Positions 35,906-47,882 of a stretch of DNA of 64,000 bases are shown in pieces (the stretch's first letter is position 1; every line of letters begins with the position of its first letter). The notes beneath the pieces are model-generated. The model was not told the origin of the DNA. It ran no database searches and was given only the letters and a program-made list of their open reading frames with translations. The stretch covers positions 6,820,001 through 6,884,000 of the forward strand of contig OU015569.1 in assembly GCA_907165135.1 (NCBI GenBank), in the 5' to 3' direction. The translations under genes and the position numbers were made by a program. The DNA comes from Oikopleura dioica (taxonomy: Eukaryota > Animalia > Chordata).

Positions 35906-38336
35906 ATGGCGAAAGATAAAAAAGGCAAGAAAGGGAAGGCAGGGAAAAAGGAGAAGGAAGTGGAGGAGAGTGGAGATGCTCCGGCAGAGGATCCGGAGAA
36001 AGTCTCCGAAGTTGACCGTTGTCAATACGACATTCAAATTCTCGCCCTTGACAATAAGATAAAACGGCTAACCGAGGAACTGAATCAAAAAATTGAAAGG
36101 CGCAAGCAGATCGGAGAGGATCTTGTCAATGCCGAAAAAGACAAACATCGCTCAATCTCATTCTTGAACGATAAGCTCAAGCGAAAAGTCGAAGAAGCCG
36201 AGGACGTTAGCGATCATCTTGATGGTGCTAAGAGAGAATATGAAAGGTAGTCAAATAGATTCGTTAATCATGCTCGAGGTGAAATAACTAATCCTCAACC
36301 TTCAAAGGATTTATTTTTTTGCTGCGATAATATCTTCTCCCGCTGTGGAGTCAAAATTCCGGCGGGAGTGATGATCTGATAAAGAAGCAATGCTTCCCAG
36401 GGTTCAGTTCAACTCACTGCCGCCCTCCACTGACTTGACCATAAATACGCCGTCGACTTCCATCAAACAAAAAACAAAAGCAACTTACAAAAAAAAAAGA
36501 AACATGCCGAACACTGAAGATTTCAAAGAAAGAAACGAATTCGCGCTGAACTTCGCGTGTCACGTGATGATTCAAGAGATGAATGACTACTGGATGTTCT
36601 TCTTCGATTTCGACGGCAATCATCACCAATACCCCGAAATTGAGTGTCCTCGAATGTTCCTCATCAAAAGATCCGCCGAAAAGCTCTCCAATTTCGTGCC
36701 TGTGATGACTTTAGATCTTAACAACCCGGTCATGATTCTCCAGGAGGAATTCGCCGATATTAATTCCGAAGACTACCGACTTATCCTCAAGACATCAACG
36801 GAGAGGGAGAGGGTCTTTCTCGAATTCGTCAAGCCGCTTTTTGCCCATGTTGCCATGAGCTTCCTGAACCGAATTGGCCACGACATAGGTACAATCAGTC
36901 GCTGCAAGATGATTCAACTTCGGGCTATTCTTGGAGTTTTGAACATTCAGTTCGATGACTGCATATTTAATGGTCCATGTGAGCGTCCAGACGACGACGA
37001 AGAGCAAGCTCAGAAGTTCGCGAACCGGCGCCCGGAAAAGAGACATCATACTTTATTTACTCAGCAAGACCTCATCGATTCCTACGACTGCGAGAGGCTC
37101 TATCCAAGACGAAGATACCGACCGATAATACATACTGAATAACGCTTCACAATTACCTTTCCCAATATTAATCTGAATAAAATCAAAAAGAAAAATACAA
37201 ACGAGTACATATTTGTGTTATGCATTATCGTAAATCCCTAATCGCATGCGCGTAGTTCTATAAACGGCCTTCTGGAGAAGATTGAGACGCAGAAATTGAC
37301 ATTCGAGGATAACAAGCGTGCTTTGAATAAAGAAATTGATGACTATAAAGACGAAATTGCATCTTTGAATCACTTCCAGGAAGTTCGTGAGCAAATGGAA
37401 GAGCACGAAGTCAACCTTACTAAAGAGGTTGCAGCGCAAAAGGAAGCTTTTCAAGCGTAAGTGAATTTAACGAGTGTTGTTTTTATATTAAAATAAGTGA
37501 CTTAGAGCTTTTGAAGCACCAGGACGAACAGGATCTTATTCGTTTACGGGGCGAAATGATACGTCAGGTCAACGCAACCGCCGCTGAGTTCAGGCGAGAC
37601 ACTGATCAATTAATTCCGCCCACAATCAAGCGTGCCATCCGCGAGAATCATGGATTCAGAGTAAATGCTCGTCCCAGCCGCGCATAATCTCAAGACAAAA
37701 TTAAGCTCACTCTACGCAAGCTAAATCGCTGCAAACGCCATCTCGATGATGAGTCCGCCGAGATCAAAGCCAAAATGGAAGGCGTCCCAGAAAAGCTTCA
37801 CTCTCTCCACCTTACTGAAAAGGATCTCGCTCAGCAATCTTACAACAAGAGCTATCTTATCCAACTCCTGCGCAAAAAGTTACAAGACACGAAGAAGAAG
37901 CTTGCCGAGTACAGAGCTTGCGAAGAAGAGAGGGAGGCCAACAAGAACACTTTGAATAAGTAAGAATTATCGTTGACCTCCATGATTAACTGATTACTAG
38001 ACTTCGCGAGCATCTTCAGTCGGAAAGCAATGAATTCGAAGCGATGCAAAAAGAAGCGAAACGGCTGGCAAAGGAACTCAGAGATCATCAAGACGAAATT
38101 CAATCCACAGAAAGCGAATGTATCAACATTCGCCCTCTACTACAGGTGGGAAGAGCGGCTCACGTTATTATTAAATTCATTTTAAATTAATATAGTCCTG
38201 TGTTTATGAACTATTGGAAAAAAGCCGGATCGAGAAATCTACTTTCGAAAAACTTGCTAGAGAGCTCGGCGAAGAGTGTGAAATTGACGAGGAGTTCCTT
38301 AACTTTCCAGTTGGATCACTTGAACCCATTTTGTAA
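35906..38336 (+). CDS. CFAP157: Cilia- and flagella-associated protein 157
   Basis: Lys-rich N-terminus; YDIQILALDNKI; RLRGEMIRQVNATAAEF...TIKRAIRENHG match CFAP157; first intron 36247-37255 is unusually long. Confidence 0.85.
36390..37142 (+). CDS. Intronless 250-aa orphan ORF nested in CFAP157 intron 1
   Basis: Uninterrupted ATG-TAA ORF with globular composition; AATAAA ~35 bp downstream; wholly inside the GT-AG intron 36247-37255. Confidence 0.75.
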   Translation: MLPRVQFNSLPPSTDLTINTPSTSIKQKTKATYKKKRNMPNTEDFKERNEFALNFACHVMIQEMNDYWMFFFDFDGNHHQYPEIECPRMFLIKRSAEKLSNFVPVMTLDLNNPVMILQEEFADINSEDYRLILKTSTERERVFLEFVKPLFAHVAMSFLNRIGHDIGTISRCKMIQLRAILGVLNIQFDDCIFNGPCERPDDDEEQAQKFANRRPEKRHHTLFTQQDLIDSYDCERLYPRRRYRPIIHTE

Positions 38337-38557
38337 AATCGACTATTTTCTCTTCTTTATTTTTATATATCCACCAAGATTATATTTTTGTATCTGTTTT
38401 TTAACACCTCTATTTTCTGAATTTTGTATCGGCATTGTTATTGTAAAACGCATAGCCTGCACTTTGCTCTGTGAACCATTTCGATTGTTTTACTTCGTAA
38501 GAGAGCAAAAAGCGAACTAGCCAATATTCTATTTTATTTTGATCGTGTTTTATAAGC

Positions 38558-41410
38558 ATGTACGGACTGCGCGCATCAGTGAGCGGACACAGCTCCGATG
38601 TTCGATGTCTCGTTAGCTGTAACTATCCGGTGGGCGGTGGCTTCCTAACAGGCTCTAGAGACAAATCCCTGAAACTATGGTTTCCTTCGGCAGAAGGTGT
38701 CGGCTACGAAATGATGACAAGTTTCAGAGGAAGCACGCATTGGATCAGGAACGGCTCAAATATTTTTTCCATTTAGAATTACAATATGAAACTCGTTTGT
38801 AGCGGTCAAAAGCTCGATTTGTTTTCTGGAACCTGATGCAGACAATCTGAATGGTCTTATAGTGGCTGGGTCCTTTGATTCAAAGATACGTGTTTATGAT
38901 CCGATATCTTCAGAAGAAAAAGCTTCATATGTTGGCCATGGAGAGTGCGTCTCTGCGCTTGCTTGTAATAATAAAACACAAACTGTCGTATCTGGATCTT
39001 GGGATAAAAATGTAAAAGGTGGGACGTGTTAGCTATTTCGTCTTTAAACGATGGTCTAGTATGGAGAGGGAAGTGGGGATCTGCTGAGAAGAAGTGCACG
39101 GCTACAATATCTGGGCAGCATCAGGGCTCTGTGCTCGCTCTTGGTATGCTCGAGGACGACCGAATAGTGACCGGCTGCGCAGACAAATTATTGAGAATAT
39201 TCAACGTGGATGGAAAGCTATTAAAATCGTTGCAGGGACATACGGACGTAATTCAGTCTCTCACGATTCTACCAGATGAGAGGTTGCTGTCAACGGGAAA
39301 TGATATGAAAATAAGACTATGGGATCTGGAGAACGGCTCTGTAGCTAAAGAATTTTCTGGGCATACTGGCTTTATATATTGCGTTTCACCTATGCCTAGA
39401 AACAAAGGCTTCATCACATCAGGGGAAGACCGTAGTGTACGGGTTTGGAGCTGGGACTCTTCAGAACCCACTGAAACCATCATGCTCCCAGCACAGTCTG
39501 CTTGGGCCTGTACTGCATTAACGATGGGCGATATTGCTGTTTCTCTGTCAGATGGCACTGCAAGAGTTTTTACCTATCGAGAGCGATTCCAAGCGCCTGC
39601 TGAAGAAGTTGCTGCATTTGAAGAATCTGTGGCAGCAATGCAGATCCCGGCCAAAGCACTTGAAGACAAAATGGAAATTTCAAAGCTACCGAAGTCGTTG
39701 CCGCCAAGTGGCAAGAAAGAAGGACAGACCATGATGATCAACGAACCTAGTGGTGTCGTTGCGTACCAGTGGTCTAAAGGCAAATGGGAGAAGATTGGTG
39801 ACGTCACAGGAGTTAGCAATAAAGACACGTTCGAAGGGAAAGAATATGATTTTGTGTTCTCTGTTGACGTCGACGAAAACGCGCCACCTTTGAAGCTCCC
39901 TTATAATTTAACAGAGGATCCTTGGCGAGCTGCGCAGAAGTTCATAAACAACAATGCACTTCCCTTAACCTACTTAGAACAAGTCGCAAATTTCATCATC
40001 ACTAACACTGCCGAGAGACGACAACAAGAAGCAGTAAAAGTTGTTGAGCCAGAAGTCGGAGGAGGTGCCGATCCGTTAACCGGCGGGTCAGGCTATCGTC
40101 CTGATTATACGGCTCCTAAGACAACGACAACAAAAAAAGGTGGCGCCGCCGACCCTTTTACAGGTTCTGGTGCTTACAAACCAGACGATGTTTCTATGGG
40201 TCCAAACGCTCCTCGATATCTACCTGGAGATAGCTCTTCTTCAGCGCCGAGTGGACCCCGAATGGTGAACCCAGAGGACAATCCAGGACGATACATTCCA
40301 AGCGGAAATGACGAGGAAAAGCCAAAGTACAACATAGTCTTTGTTGATAAGAAGTTCTTTCCCGAAGAAAAATACCTCCTTTTTGATGACCCAGCTCCTG
40401 GAGTGGAGAAAATCATAAATATGCTCAACAAAAAATGTTCCGAAAAGGGAATCCAGTTTGAAGAAGATGAGTTAAAGAAACTTGCTATGCTTTGTGATCC
40501 AGAAAATGTTCTCATGCCAGATGATATCTTTGTCTACTTCTCATGTCTAATGAAAACGCATGAATACTGGGATGTCAAATTTCCTCTCATAGACATTCTC
40601 CGACTTGCTTTGCTTAATTATTCCGTTGTTGGTCTTCTTTGTCGTAAGCCTTTATTCTATTTGTACTTCAAGCTTAGAGTACTTTAGATGAGGACCGGGT
40701 CAAGGAGTTCCTACGACCGTTGATGAAACAACTTAATGTAGAAAAGCCAGCATCAGTTCAATTACTTACCATGCGATGTCTTGTCAACCTATTCCGTCAC
40801 GAAATTGGTGCAAAAGTAGCGTTGAAGCACTTTGGTGAAATTCTAACTAGAGCCACAGACTCTCTCCCTGTTCAACCAAAACCCGTTCTCAAGCAAGCTC
40901 ATGCTTCGCTTCTCCTCAACTTTTCTATCGCTGCAAGAAAATTCGGGTAACGACAACTCGAGCGTTTGCATATTTATCGGTCTGTTTAGTGCTAATGTGG
41001 ACACCAAGCTTGGACTTCTTCAGAAAATCTGCGAGAAAATCGGTCGAAATGAAGCCGACATGAAAATTCAAATTCGGCTGCTGATTGCTTTGGGAACTCT
41101 CATTCACCAGGTCAGATTAGTTAAAATAATTAAAAAGCTCATTTCTGTCTAGGACATCGTATTGTGCCAGGCGGCTGACGGTATCGGTGTCCGCGAAGAG
41201 CTCCTTGAAATTCAAAATAAACACAAACGATCCGACGATAAAATGGCCGCCAACGTTGCTAGCTGTGCTCGCAAATGCATCCAAGGTGAGCATCATATTT
41301 AAACTATTTTTGAAATAAGGACTTTTTAAGAAATAATGAAAAGTCTTCAAAGCCTTCAAGATAATAACTCGATGGATTTCGATTGTGCCGGACCATCTAC
41401 TTCAGCCTAA
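38558..41410 (+). CDS. PLAA: Phospholipase A2-activating protein (Doa1/Ufd3; WD40-PFU-PUL)
   Basis: GHSSDVRCL; FEGKEYDFVFSVDV..LKLPYNLTEDPWRAAQKFI..YLEQVANFIITNT; FPLIDILRLA. Confidence 0.96.
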
Positions 41411-41743
41411 AACCATTTCTTCACCACTGAAACCATGTTCTTTAATACATGTATCTAATAGTTTTCTACTTCGCACAACTTGATCAAATTTTTGTATAAA
41501 GAAATTAAAGAAAAGCTCGTTTGATTGCAGTAATCAATCAATTTGACCTATCAGTTATTTATCATTTATCACGGATTGAACATTTAAAGAACGTCTATAA
41601 AAACCATGAACCAGTTCCTCTTGACATAATTTTTTAATAATCGAAGTTCAGCCGTCAACCATTCAAGAAGCAACTTTTGTTTGAGATTTTATTTGACACT
41701 ATTCGTACAGTCAATTTTAGCAAATTAAACAGTTTCGAGCACT

Positions 41744-42469
41744 TCAGTGATATTTCCCATTTTCCATGTAGTATACCACAAATTCCTGGTAGTTGATTTT
41801 TCCATCGAAATCAGTGTCAGCATCGGCTATCTACACTTCATTTAGTACTTCGATTTGTTCACGAAAACGGATAATAAACACACAAAATCATAACTTTTGG
41901 CTGATTAATTTGCAGAGTGGTAGATTACGTACAGCTACTTACGAGTTCATCGACCTCCGCATCCGTCATCGGCTCCCCGATTATCTCCATAACCTGCTTT
42001 ACCTCCTCCTTCGAAATTAACCCGTCCCCATTTCTGTCAAAGGTCCTGAACAAGCTGTTTTTCTTTTTGGTCGAAATCATTAGTTTCACCTGAATTTTTG
42101 ACGCATCTCTTCCTCTTTCGTTTGTCGCATCAGCTTCAAAGACATCATTTTTTTGAACTCGTTAAATTCCACTTTCCCATTGTGATTTAGGTCCACGATT
42201 TTTATCAACTTCTCGCATTCTCTCTTCGTTGTTTTATAACCAAGCTCTTTCATGACTTACAGCTTGTGCTCACAATAAATGACTTTTAACGAAATAGATC
42301 AGCTTGATTTCTAGCACCTTCCTAAACTCAGCTCAGCAACGTCGATGGAGTTATCTTTATTCTTGTCGAAAACATCAAAAACAGGACGGAGCTCGCTTCC
42401 CTCGAGTGACTAAAACTTCAAGTTTAAAATTGCTCTCTTTTAATTGACATTAAGTACACTCAGGTTCAT
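41744..42469 (-). CDS. Calmodulin-like protein with four EF-hands
   Basis: FDVFDKNKDNSIDVAE; VDLNHNGKVEFNEF; FDRNGDGLISKEE; ADTDFDGKINYQEF. Confidence 0.9.
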
Positions 42470-42637
42470 AGCAACAGTGTCTTTAGTACGGGACTTAGAC
42501 TCTGAAAAACTTCTCCGTGATCACTTGAAAAGCTTGCCAAGAGAGGGTGTAGAGAGCAACAACACATACTTTCTCAGCTTCTTTTTACGGCTTCTCGGGT
42601 CAGCTACTAGTAGCGAATAACGTGTCTCGATTCTAGA

Positions 42638-42957
42638 ATGGGCGAAACCGTCGTGCTGATCGAACACGGCCCGTACAAACGATTCAACATTATTGATCAT
42701 GGCTGCGAGCGTCTTGAAGGCATCCAGCGGCTACTCAAAGATGAAGGAGCAAAAGTTATTCTTCGCCGTTCCAGCAACTTCGATCAATGCTCAATCTCCC
42801 TCAAAGTAAAGAAAGATCTTCCGGCTGGTATAAATAAGAATTTATTCAGGGGAAAATAGTATTTTCCTGTCCGATCACAAGTCTTGAATATGGAGGCGAT
42901 GGCCAACTCGATCCGATCGCACAAAATGCGTTTCAGAAAGTTAAAGCTGCAGTCTAA
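42638..42957 (+). CDS. C10orf53: UPF0728 protein
   Basis: VVLIEHGPY...RLEGIQRLL...IVFSCPITSLEYGGDGQLDPI, 2 exons. Confidence 0.9.
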
Positions 42958-43200
42958 ACATATTCTTGTTCACTTTCTTACACTTGACCTATATTTTTTT
43001 ACTCCGATTCATTTATTTTTCCTCATTTCGATTTCTAACTAATTAGGTTAAGCCATCTGAAGCACAATTGCGGGGTCAAAATCTGTCCAGTTTTTGGACT
43101 CACCGAGGAATGAAATGCGATCCGAGATGCTAAGAACTCGGGAGCGTCCCTTGCAAATTCCATCCCACGTTACTCTACAATTCGACGAGAAAAGCGACCG

Positions 43201-44028
43201 ATGGAAACAGTGAGTTTACTCATTATAATTGTGGCAAACCCATGTTCAGAGGAATGGGGTACCGAAGAACAGCATCCCGTGTTACGACGGCGGCTTCTTT
43301 ACCTCAAGAACAGAGCTCACGCTTAAAAATATTAGCAGAGATAAGAAAGTCGCTTACTCGTTCAAAGGTCGAGGGAATGAAACTGGGATTACCCTCAAAG
43401 GCCAGAAAAAGGTTTCACTGAATCGCATCGCTCTACATAGTCGTAATTTAACGACTTGGGCCAGAGTCACCGGTCTCTAATCAGAACTATCTAGGGCTTC
43501 ATGATGCCTGGAGAACATCAAAGTCTTCAAGTTGTTATGCAAAACAAACCTCAGGATCGTCTCATATCACTATTCCACTTTGAGACTAAAAGTTTGAGTA
43601 TACTATCTATACTATAGTCTATAGAGAATACTTGTGAGACAATTACAGGGATCTAATAACCTATGCATTTTCTGGGAAGTTCATGAATTTGAATCCACTA
43701 TCCAGTTTGAGAATTGGTAATTTCTATTCGCAACGATAATGCTCCTTATGATGATTCTAGTTTACAAAAAAAGTGCGAAAGTTTCTTCAACCGCGTTCGA
43801 ATAGTGCCACCAGAAAAACCCAGTCAAGCCATCGAAGAGATGGACAGCTCAATTGCCTCTCTAAATAGTTCATTCACAACAATTTCTTCGCAGCGAGAAG
43901 TGGACCTGCGCGATCTCAGCGCCCGCTTTGATCAGATGCAGCGCCAGATACGACTGGTGATCATTTTCTCTGTTATCCTTCTTGTCTTGGCGCTGTATCT
44001 GGCCTTCGAAATCCAAAGGCTCAACTAA
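43201..44028 (+). CDS. MSP-domain, coiled-coil, C-terminal TM protein (VAP-like); start tentative
   Basis: ELTLKNISRDKKVAYSFK..GFMMPGEHQSLQVVMQ parallels the MSP motifs LKLTN...FKVK...GxIxPG; C-terminal TM LVIIFSVILLVLALYLAF. Confidence 0.7.
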
Positions 44029-44121
44029 GCTCATGCTACTCATTCTGCCTCCGTTCAGGAAACTCAATATGACTTATATCTATTTTTTTAAACCTGGTCA
44101 TCACAAATTTTAACTTTAAGA

Positions 44122-45593
44122 ATGTACAAGCAATCGATTCGGCCACTCTCGATCTCATGTAGATCTCCGCGTGTTATGCGCGAAGGATACTGGGTTGTCC
44201 ACGGACGTCACCAGTTACCGTACTGGGACCAGAAAGACAACAAACAATATTCGGTTCAAAAACTAGAAAATGGGAAAACGGTAGAATTGCCCAAGTACAC
44301 GACGAAGCCGTTTAAGATGATCAACACGGAGGGTAGACAGCCGATGAGCGAGCAACAGTCACTTTACATTGATAAAAGCCATCGGGATAATCCAGAAACG
44401 CAGGATGTAATAAGAACACCATCTGCGAAAGGAATGAAGGCGATGCAGCATGGAGGCCCTGCTCTCTTATCTCGAACCGGTTACATGGTCGATTATTATA
44501 GGCTTAACCCCACGCAGCGTCAACGAAGCGCCGTGTTTAAGGAGAAGATTTTAAAAGTCGTCGAAGATCAGAACTTGATGCGACACCTTGCCCTCGTTGT
44601 TGGCCCTTCTAAGGAAAGTTGCAAAGATCGTGCTATTTTGAAAGTAGATAAAAATCAGTACTCATCTATTTCAACCTTGAATAGCCTCGTTGGATCCCTG
44701 CAACATCCACAATGAAAAAAGACGATATTATTGTTAACGATGCATCTGGCGAGCAGAAAACTGCGGAAGAGCTCGAACTTAATGGATCTTACATGCTCAA
44801 ATCATTACCTATTGGAACGGAAATTTGTATGGTCGAAGAGTTCCCAGGTACTTTCTTCCATTATGAGTTTTGGTAATGATTGTCTAAAAGGATCTGGCGC
44901 TCGTTTCGCGAACTCAAACGCGCGTTATGGCATTGTTACGGGTCGACTCGGCCGAGGCGATAAGGATTCTTTGATAACTGTCTCGGAAAGATTTAAAACA
45001 TCAAACAAGTAGATGATAAACACGTTTATTAAAAATAGCGCTAGCTTCTTTTAAATCTACTCGAAAAGTTTCCGTATGCGTCGTTGGAAGGAATTACTAA
45101 CTCTGGATTTGCTGGAAAAGTAAATTACAAGGGCGTATTGAGTGATCAGGGTCTTCACAATCGAATGGGTGGAATCGACGCGCAAATTATTATGGAAGAC
45201 GGAAGTATTGAACTGCCGGCTTGGGAGAAAAAAGATAGCAGGCAAAAACGCGCGACGGGCAGGCACGGCCCGTGGGAAGGATACTTCGATTGCATGGCCA
45301 CTCACAGGTGCCAATCATGCCAAAGTATTTGTGTTACGTTTTTGCTTCTAGAGAAAACTCTTACGACCAAACCCCTCAAAGTTTATATGATCAAGACGTT
45401 GCTCTCAGTGGAAATTGCGTCGCCGTTATCGGTCGCGCTTCTGAGGTGATAACATTTTCGGAATTAGATAAAGAACGCTAACGAATAATGATTTTAGGGG
45501 GGTGAGTTTAACTCGTGGCTACTACACGAAGATGGCCGCCAATACAAGCTTTACGGAGGCAATAAGTCGAACGGATTTTATAATAGAGAAATA
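44122..45593 (+). CDS. MRPL2: Mitochondrial ribosomal protein L2 (uL2m), divergent
   Basis: KYTTKPFKMINTEGR; MVDYYR; FKEKILKV..HLALV; LKSLPIGTEICMVEEFPGSGARF; NCVAVIGRAS. Confidence 0.8.
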
Positions 45594-46054
45594 AGAAAAT
45601 CTGGACTGAATCATATATCTATGCATTTCAGAAAGTTTAAACGTGCTCCCGGCCAACTTGTTAATAATCAAGGCAATCAGTTTGTTTTGCTAAAATCAAA
45701 CGAATAAAGAATGTCAAAAGTTTTTTCAGTGTGTTATGATTTTATTTTGTGTTAAATGGCTAATAATTACAGCTTAACACAGGTCAAGGGTTCAGGATCA
45801 TGGCGTTAGGACTCTTTCACTTGTCGTTCGCTAGAAAATCGGTTAGAGATAATTTCTATGATGCGACTCTTACCAAGGTTTTAATATTTACATGTCCAGC
45901 AGGGCGCATTCGGGTTGAATAAATTACAATGGCGCGATTCTAGCACAATTTTCATGAAGAATATTTTGGAATATCAGTTGAGGTTTTTTCTGTTGTAGTA
46001 CTGCTCATCTTGGGCGTTTTTGTGTGAATTTCAGTGATCAGAAAGTTGGGCGCT

Positions 46055-47882
46055 TTACACGTAGTTAGGACGTACGTTGTGACCGGCCGGTCTAGAGAGG
46101 GTGATTAGGGCTAGAAGTTTATTTCATTAATTTACCTTGTTCCAGGCAAAGGGAGTGCTCTGCCTTCGATAACTACGTGTTTTGTTGTGTAGTCGTGTTT
46201 TGCCTTGGTTTTTCTGAGACTTCCTTCGTGGGCAAAGTGCAAATTAATTTCAGGTCCCATTCGAGGTTGACCTTTAGCAGCGGCGGCTCGTCGCTGGTAA
46301 ATCGTAACGAATCCAACGACAACGAGGATAGCCAAGAGGGACACCACTGCGACAGCGCCTACCAGTGGCAGGTCTTTTTCGCGGTCAACTAGAATCTCCT
46401 CGTCCTCTTCAATGACTTCAAAGGTGTCCCCCATAATTCTTAAGCTGCTATGTTCTGCGTCCTTTTCTTCCATGTTCGCAGTCATTTGCGTCTGCTCTTT
46501 GAGAGCATCACTGCCTTGGAAGAAATAGGGTCCAGATGTGACGTGGATTTTGAGCTCGTCCCCTTCGACAGATCCTTGTGGGGCGGAGCGCTCTTGCGAG
46601 CATCCAACTGGACATATTTCACCGGCTGGGCATAAACGGGTCGTACAATGGACGTAGAATGGTGATTTTCGCATCCATGGTTGACGCAATTTCTGGATGT
46701 TGGTGGCGAAGCTTGCTTGTGGCCCTTGGCCATTTGAGTAAATGTGAGTGGCAGTGCCGCCAGTACTACACCCCTCCTCCACGAGAGGAATAGTTTCTGC
46801 GGTCTGCGAGAAAGGCGAGCGGGAATAGGAAATGAAACATTTCTTCAAGCTCACTCGTGTTCCTCGTAGCTGTGCTTCGCCGGTTAACGATGTTTGGAAG
46901 GAAAGCCATTTCTTCTGGTCCGGGATGACGTGGAAGACTTTGTTACTTCCAGGTGCGACAAACGCAGTCATCATGTTATCAGTCGTGAAAACCGATTTCG
47001 AGTACGCGCGAAGGTTCAGGTCGAATGTGCCGATGACGGCGCGTGCTTTCGCACTGTCGTCTCTCACAGCGGTCATGCCCCCGTTGTAAGTGACTGTGTA
47101 TTCGTCCTCGTATTCGCAGTTCCACTGTACGATCGCTGCCAGTCCGGTTTGGACTCCAGCGTTCTGTAGTGACATATATACTGTGTTACTGTAAATGTAG
47201 TCGCCGTTGTCAGCCCGTTTAATTTGCGTGCCACACTGTCGGAAATTGTTGTTCAATGCCACTGTGAGTTTTGAGTTGTCATCTTCTGAAATTTGTGCCT
47301 TGCAACCTTCGTTTGACTGCTGACCAGTGCCCATGTAAATATGACGATGATTGTCAGAGCCGACTTTGTTTAGAAGCCAGGCTCTGTCGATTTCCACGGA
47401 AATTCTCGAGGCGTCACATGTAACAGATGGCGGCGCTAAAAATTTATTACATAACTAGAAGGCGACCATTTTGGGTGAATAAGGGGGATTGTTGCGCAAG
47501 CATCAAAATATGGTGGTGCGGCGGGGCGCGCGAGAGCGCTTTTTGGTGCTAGTAGTCTATCCCACAGGGCGGGTGTGGTTAACCGTATTCAGCGAAATGG
47601 CGTCATCGATAAACCCGCCGACCGAATGTCATGATCGAAGACATTTATCCAATTATGTTTTGAGCTTGATCCTAGGGTTTGTTCAGCTAGATTGAATATT
47701 CCCAAAAAATTCTTTGCCGGTTACTTACGTATTTGGCAGTTCTTTCCAGCAAACGAATCGCAGATGCATTCATATTCGTTCTCCCCTATATCATAGCACT
47801 GTCCATTGTTTAGACAGGGGTTTTGATCGCATCCGCCTGCTTTGGCGACTGTTAATAAGTTTAAGAGTGTCGTGTAACGCAT
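46055..47882 (-). CDS. Signal peptide-EGF-ZP domain type I membrane protein
   Basis: MRYTTLLNLLTVAKAG; EGF CDQNPCLNNGQCYD..YECICDSFAGKNC; ZP Cys pattern (VTCD..GC..QCGT..WNCEY..LKKCF..EEGC..YVHCTTRLC); TM LVGAVAVVSLLAILVVVGFV. Confidence 0.9.

Noticed and set aside
36368-36379. Box C (GTGATGA) followed by CTGA, suggesting an intronic C/D snoRNA
   Set aside because: The two boxes are adjacent with no guide region or terminal stem enclosing them
45074-45101. Apparent +1 frameshift in MRPL2 (VCVVGR in one frame, ITN in the next)
   Set aside because: The true uL2 motif NCVAVIGRAS lies downstream at ~45413-45442, and phase-0 splicing from the GT at 44980 keeps the frame without any shift
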